From Longivirga aurantiaca (GTDB lineage Bacteria > Actinomycetota > Actinomycetes > S36-B12 > CAIYMF01), in the NCBI RefSeq assembly GCF_042660085.1, contig NZ_JBHSTI010000006.1:1-9694 (forward strand): a stretch of 9,694 nt of DNA. Direction: 5' to 3'. The translations under genes were made by a program, and so were the position numbers. Each line of letters starts with the position of its first letter. Positions within the stretch are counted from its first letter, which is position 1. The notes beneath the pieces were generated by a model. It ran no database searches. It saw only the letters and a program-made list of their open reading frames with translations, and was not told where the DNA came from. Below, in pieces: positions 6,834-9,694 of the stretch.

Positions 6834-8705
6834 GTGAGGTCCCTGACGGCAGAGCCGGTGCTCGATGCGATGGCGAGGCCCGGTGCCGCGGACCTCACCG
6901 AGGTCGGGCGCGCCCTGGACCGGGCCGAGCGGCTCCGGTCCGCACTCGCGCAGCTGCTGACCGCTGTGGGGATGAACCTCGAGTTCTCCGAGTTCACGGG
7001 CCGTGCGGTGGAGATCGTCAGGGATGCGGTCGACGCCGATGGAGTCTTCCTGCACCTGTGGGACTCCGAGCGCCAGATGCTGGTCCTGACGGCCGCCACC
7101 GAGGGTGTCGCGAAGGGCTACCTCCATCGGATCGAGGCGCAGCTCGGGCAGGGGCTCAACGGGCTCGCCGCGCTCCGCCAGCAGCCCGTGGTCGTCAATG
7201 CGGCTCCTGCCGACGACCCGCACTTCCGCAGCTTCCCCGAGCTGAACGAGGGCGACTACCAGTCGACCGCCAAGCTGCCGCTGTTCCGCGCGGATCGGAC
7301 TCTCGTCGGGGTGCTCTCGCTCAACGCCCGCACGCCGGGTCGGTTCGGGGACTCCCATCTGGCCGTGGCGACGGAGCTGGCGGGACTGTTCGCGGGACTG
7401 ATCGACTCCGCGTCGACCGGCGGCGCGGTGGCCCGCCGTGCCCGCATGCTCGACACGCTCACCGAGCTCACCGCCTCCCTGGCATCCGCGGGTCCGGCGT
7501 ACGAGGTGCTCGGCAGCGTGACCAATGCGGCCGTGTCCGCCATGGATGCCGACCTGTCCGTCCTGGTGCTCCCCGACCCGGAGACCGGTGAGCTCGCGGT
7601 GCGCTCCGTCGCCCCGTTCAGGTCGGACGTCCTGGACGAGCTGGCGGCGCTGGGGGTTCGTCCAGGCATGTCGGTGCCGCATGCCGAGGCGAGGTCGTCG
7701 CAGCTGCAGGGGTACCTGAAAGGCGACCTCGTCGACCGATTCGGCTTCATGGAGTCTGCGGCCCTCGCCCCCGGTGACGACAGCGCGGGGTTCCTCGCCT
7801 GCTACCGGCGCCGCAGGTTCTGCTCGGAGGATCTCCATCTGCTGTCCGTGATGGCTCATCACGTCGGCCTGGCGCTCATGGACCCGTCCACGCGCTGGGA
7901 CGGACGTGACCAGTCCTGTCGCGTCGTGTTCGAGCGTCTCGCCCGCGGAGTCTTCGATGACGAGACCGCGTCCCTGGCGAGCGGCATGGGTCTTGATCCG
8001 GCCAAGCCGCTGGTGCTGCTACGTGGCCGGCTGGCCGCGTCGGCCACGCCGCGTCGCGACGCCTCGCCCCCGGACATCAGCCGTGCTGTCGAGTCCGTCA
8101 TGTCGATGATCGTCAGCTTCTACCCCGGGTCCCTGACCTACGTGGCCCTCAATCAGATCTACGGACTCATCGAGGTCGCTGACAGCGATGGAGACCGCAG
8201 GCTGCTCAAGCGCCTGGGCGAGCTCTCGGATCGCGCCGGTCAGAGGGGCGTCGTGCTCGAGGCGGGTGTGAGCGGTGTCGTGCCTCACGCGGTCGACATC
8301 CCGCGGGCCTTCCGCGAGTCCAACGACGCGCTGGTGATCGGGGCGAAGGTCGGCGGATCGCGGGTCAATCATTACGAGGACCTCGCCGGCTCCATGCACC
8401 TGTATCGGGTGGCCGTCGACCCGGCCTTCGATCACGACCCGACGGTCTCCCAGCTCCTCCACCTGCTGGAGCACGACCGGAGACGCGGTACCCGGCTGCT
8501 TCCGACGCTCGACGTCTACCTGTCGTCGCGAGGAAACGGCAGCCACGCGGCAGAGGTGCTCGGAATCCATCGGAACACCCTGCGTCAACGTCTCGAACGG
8601 ATCACCGCGATCACGGGACTCGACCTCGATTCGGCCGACGACTGGCTCCCGCTCCAGCTCGCCGTGCGGATCGTGGCCATCCGGCGATCCGCGGCTCAGT
8701 CCTGA
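6834..8705 (+). CDS. GAF-domain, PucR(CdaR)-type HTH transcriptional regulator
   Basis: An N-terminal GAF-like segment (AVEIVRDAVDADGVFLHLWDSERQMLVLTAATEG...LPLFRADRTLVGVLSLNAR) and a C-terminal LLHLLEHDRRRGTRLLPTLDVYLSSRGNGSHAAEVLGIHRNTLRQRLERITAITGLDLDSADDWLPLQLAVRI. The GTG start follows GAGGA. Confidence 0.9.
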   Translation: MRSLTAEPVLDAMARPGAADLTEVGRALDRAERLRSALAQLLTAVGMNLEFSEFTGRAVEIVRDAVDADGVFLHLWDSERQMLVLTAATEGVAKGYLHRIEAQLGQGLNGLAALRQQPVVVNAAPADDPHFRSFPELNEGDYQSTAKLPLFRADRTLVGVLSLNARTPGRFGDSHLAVATELAGLFAGLIDSASTGGAVARRARMLDTLTELTASLASAGPAYEVLGSVTNAAVSAMDADLSVLVLPDPETGELAVRSVAPFRSDVLDELAALGVRPGMSVPHAEARSSQLQGYLKGDLVDRFGFMESAALAPGDDSAGFLACYRRRRFCSEDLHLLSVMAHHVGLALMDPSTRWDGRDQSCRVVFERLARGVFDDETASLASGMGLDPAKPLVLLRGRLAASATPRRDASPPDISRAVESVMSMIVSFYPGSLTYVALNQIYGLIEVADSDGDRRLLKRLGELSDRAGQRGVVLEAGVSGVVPHAVDIPRAFRESNDALVIGAKVGGSRVNHYEDLAGSMHLYRVAVDPAFDHDPTVSQLLHLLEHDRRRGTRLLPTLDVYLSSRGNGSHAAEVLGIHRNTLRQRLERITAITGLDLDSADDWLPLQLAVRIVAIRRSAAQS

Positions 8706-8733
8706 TCCACCCCGGGTGCTGCCGGGTCGGGGG

Positions 8734-9694
8734 TCACCCCTCGTTCCGCCCGCTCTTCGCGAGCCGCAGCTCCCTGACGACGTCGGCGACCATGTGGACC
8801 GATGCGTGATCGAGGATGTTGCCGAACTCCACCACGCGCACGCGTCCCTCGAGCTGGCGGCGCAGCTCAGGCATCTCGCTCGGAACGACGACGAGGTCCA
8901 CCCCCTGAAGATCCTCGTCGGAGGTGCCGCGCAGCACCGAGATGTTCGAGAAGCCAGACTGGGTGAGCGAGTCCCGGATGCTGACCGCCTGCTCCTCGGT
9001 CGAGTAGCAGATGCCCACCGACCGGCTCCGGGGCACCTGGGAGATCTGGACGAGCGTCTGCACGTGGGGTCCCACGACGAGTCCTACGACCTCGGTCCTC
9101 GGCCGACGCATCATCTTGCGCACCTCGGCGAGATGGAAGAACGTCGTCAGGACGAGATCCGGGCTCTCGTCGGCCGGCTCGAAGGCTCCCAGCACGAGCG
9201 GTCGCACCGGAGTGCCGACGTGCGCCTCGATCTCGCTCGCGAAGTACTTGGCCCGGTCGCTGTTGCACTCGACGAAGACGATCTCCAGGTTCCCCGCGTG
9301 CGCCCGGGCGGCGAAGGATACCGCGAGCGAGTGCACCTCGGCGGCGGCCAGTCCGAGCGCCATGCTCTCCGCCACCGCCGACTCCAGCAGGGCTGCCGCG
9401 CGGTCGCCGTCGACCGAGGATGGCTGCGTCCGGTCACCACTGACGACGACCATGCCGTTGCGGCCCTTGGACTCGAGCAGACCCGTGTCTCTGAGCTCTG
9501 CGTAGGCGTGGGCGACGGTGTTCCGGTTGATGTGGAGTTGTCGGCCAGCAGGCGTGCGCTGGGGAGCCGCTCACCCTCCTTGAGCTGGCCCATCTCGATC
9601 ATGAACGCGAGCTGCGACACGATCTGGCGGTAGACAGGCAGGTCGGAGTGGTGCGTCACGAAGATGCTGTTGGCAAGGTGGATGCCGTCCTCCA
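8734..9694 (-). pseudogene. GntR-family transcriptional regulator, apparently interrupted by a 1-nt deletion near 9537; N-terminus may extend beyond the window
   Basis: The frame upstream of the break reads EDGIHLANSIFVTHHSDLPVYRQIVSQLAFMIEMGQLKEGERLPSARLLADN. The adjacent frame continues the same wHTH as LHINRNTVAHAYAELRDTGLLESKGRNGMVVVSGDRT and runs to the stop at 8734. This may be a sequencing or assembly error rather than true gene decay. Confidence 0.75.

Noticed and set aside
8706-8733. Possible bidirectional terminator between convergent genes
   Set aside because: CCACCCCGGG...GTCGGGGG gives only an imperfect stem without a T-tract, too weak to call.
1-9694. CRISPR array, mobile element, tRNA/rRNA or defence system
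   Set aside because: I saw no repeat-spacer periodicity, transposase or integrase motifs, recognisable structural RNA, or anti-phage domains in any frame.

Overview
High-GC, actinobacterial-type window. Its core is a compact, co-directional six-gene operon at ~1161-6694 (+). In order: a hotdog-fold enzyme resembling 3-aminobutyryl-/beta-alanyl-CoA ammonia lyase; an acyl-CoA ligase; a MeaB/ArgK-type GTPase; a B12-dependent acyl-CoA mutase large subunit; a B12-binding mutase small subunit; and a PduO-type cob(I)alamin adenosyltransferase. A GAF/PucR(CdaR)-type regulator lies on each side: a truncated one at the left edge (3-860) and a complete one at 6834-8705. A GntR-family regulator is convergent at the right edge (8734-9694, -) and carries an apparent 1-nt frameshift. 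The mutase lacks the Arg diagnostic of methylmalonyl-CoA mutase. It has the Gln and Asp signature of 2-hydroxyisobutyryl-CoA mutase, but Val instead of Ile at the third specificity position. With the ammonia-lyase-like gene and the CoA ligase, this suggests a possibly undescribed B12-dependent route for an alpha-quaternary amino acid such as 2-aminoisobutyrate: acid -> 2-aminoisobutyryl-CoA -> 3-aminobutyryl-CoA -> crotonyl-CoA + NH3. The route is an inference. Hydroxyacyl-CoA chemistry is the main alternative. A near-consensus promoter (TTGACA-N17-TACCTT), with a 19-bp near-palindrome between its boxes, sits just upstream of the operon.
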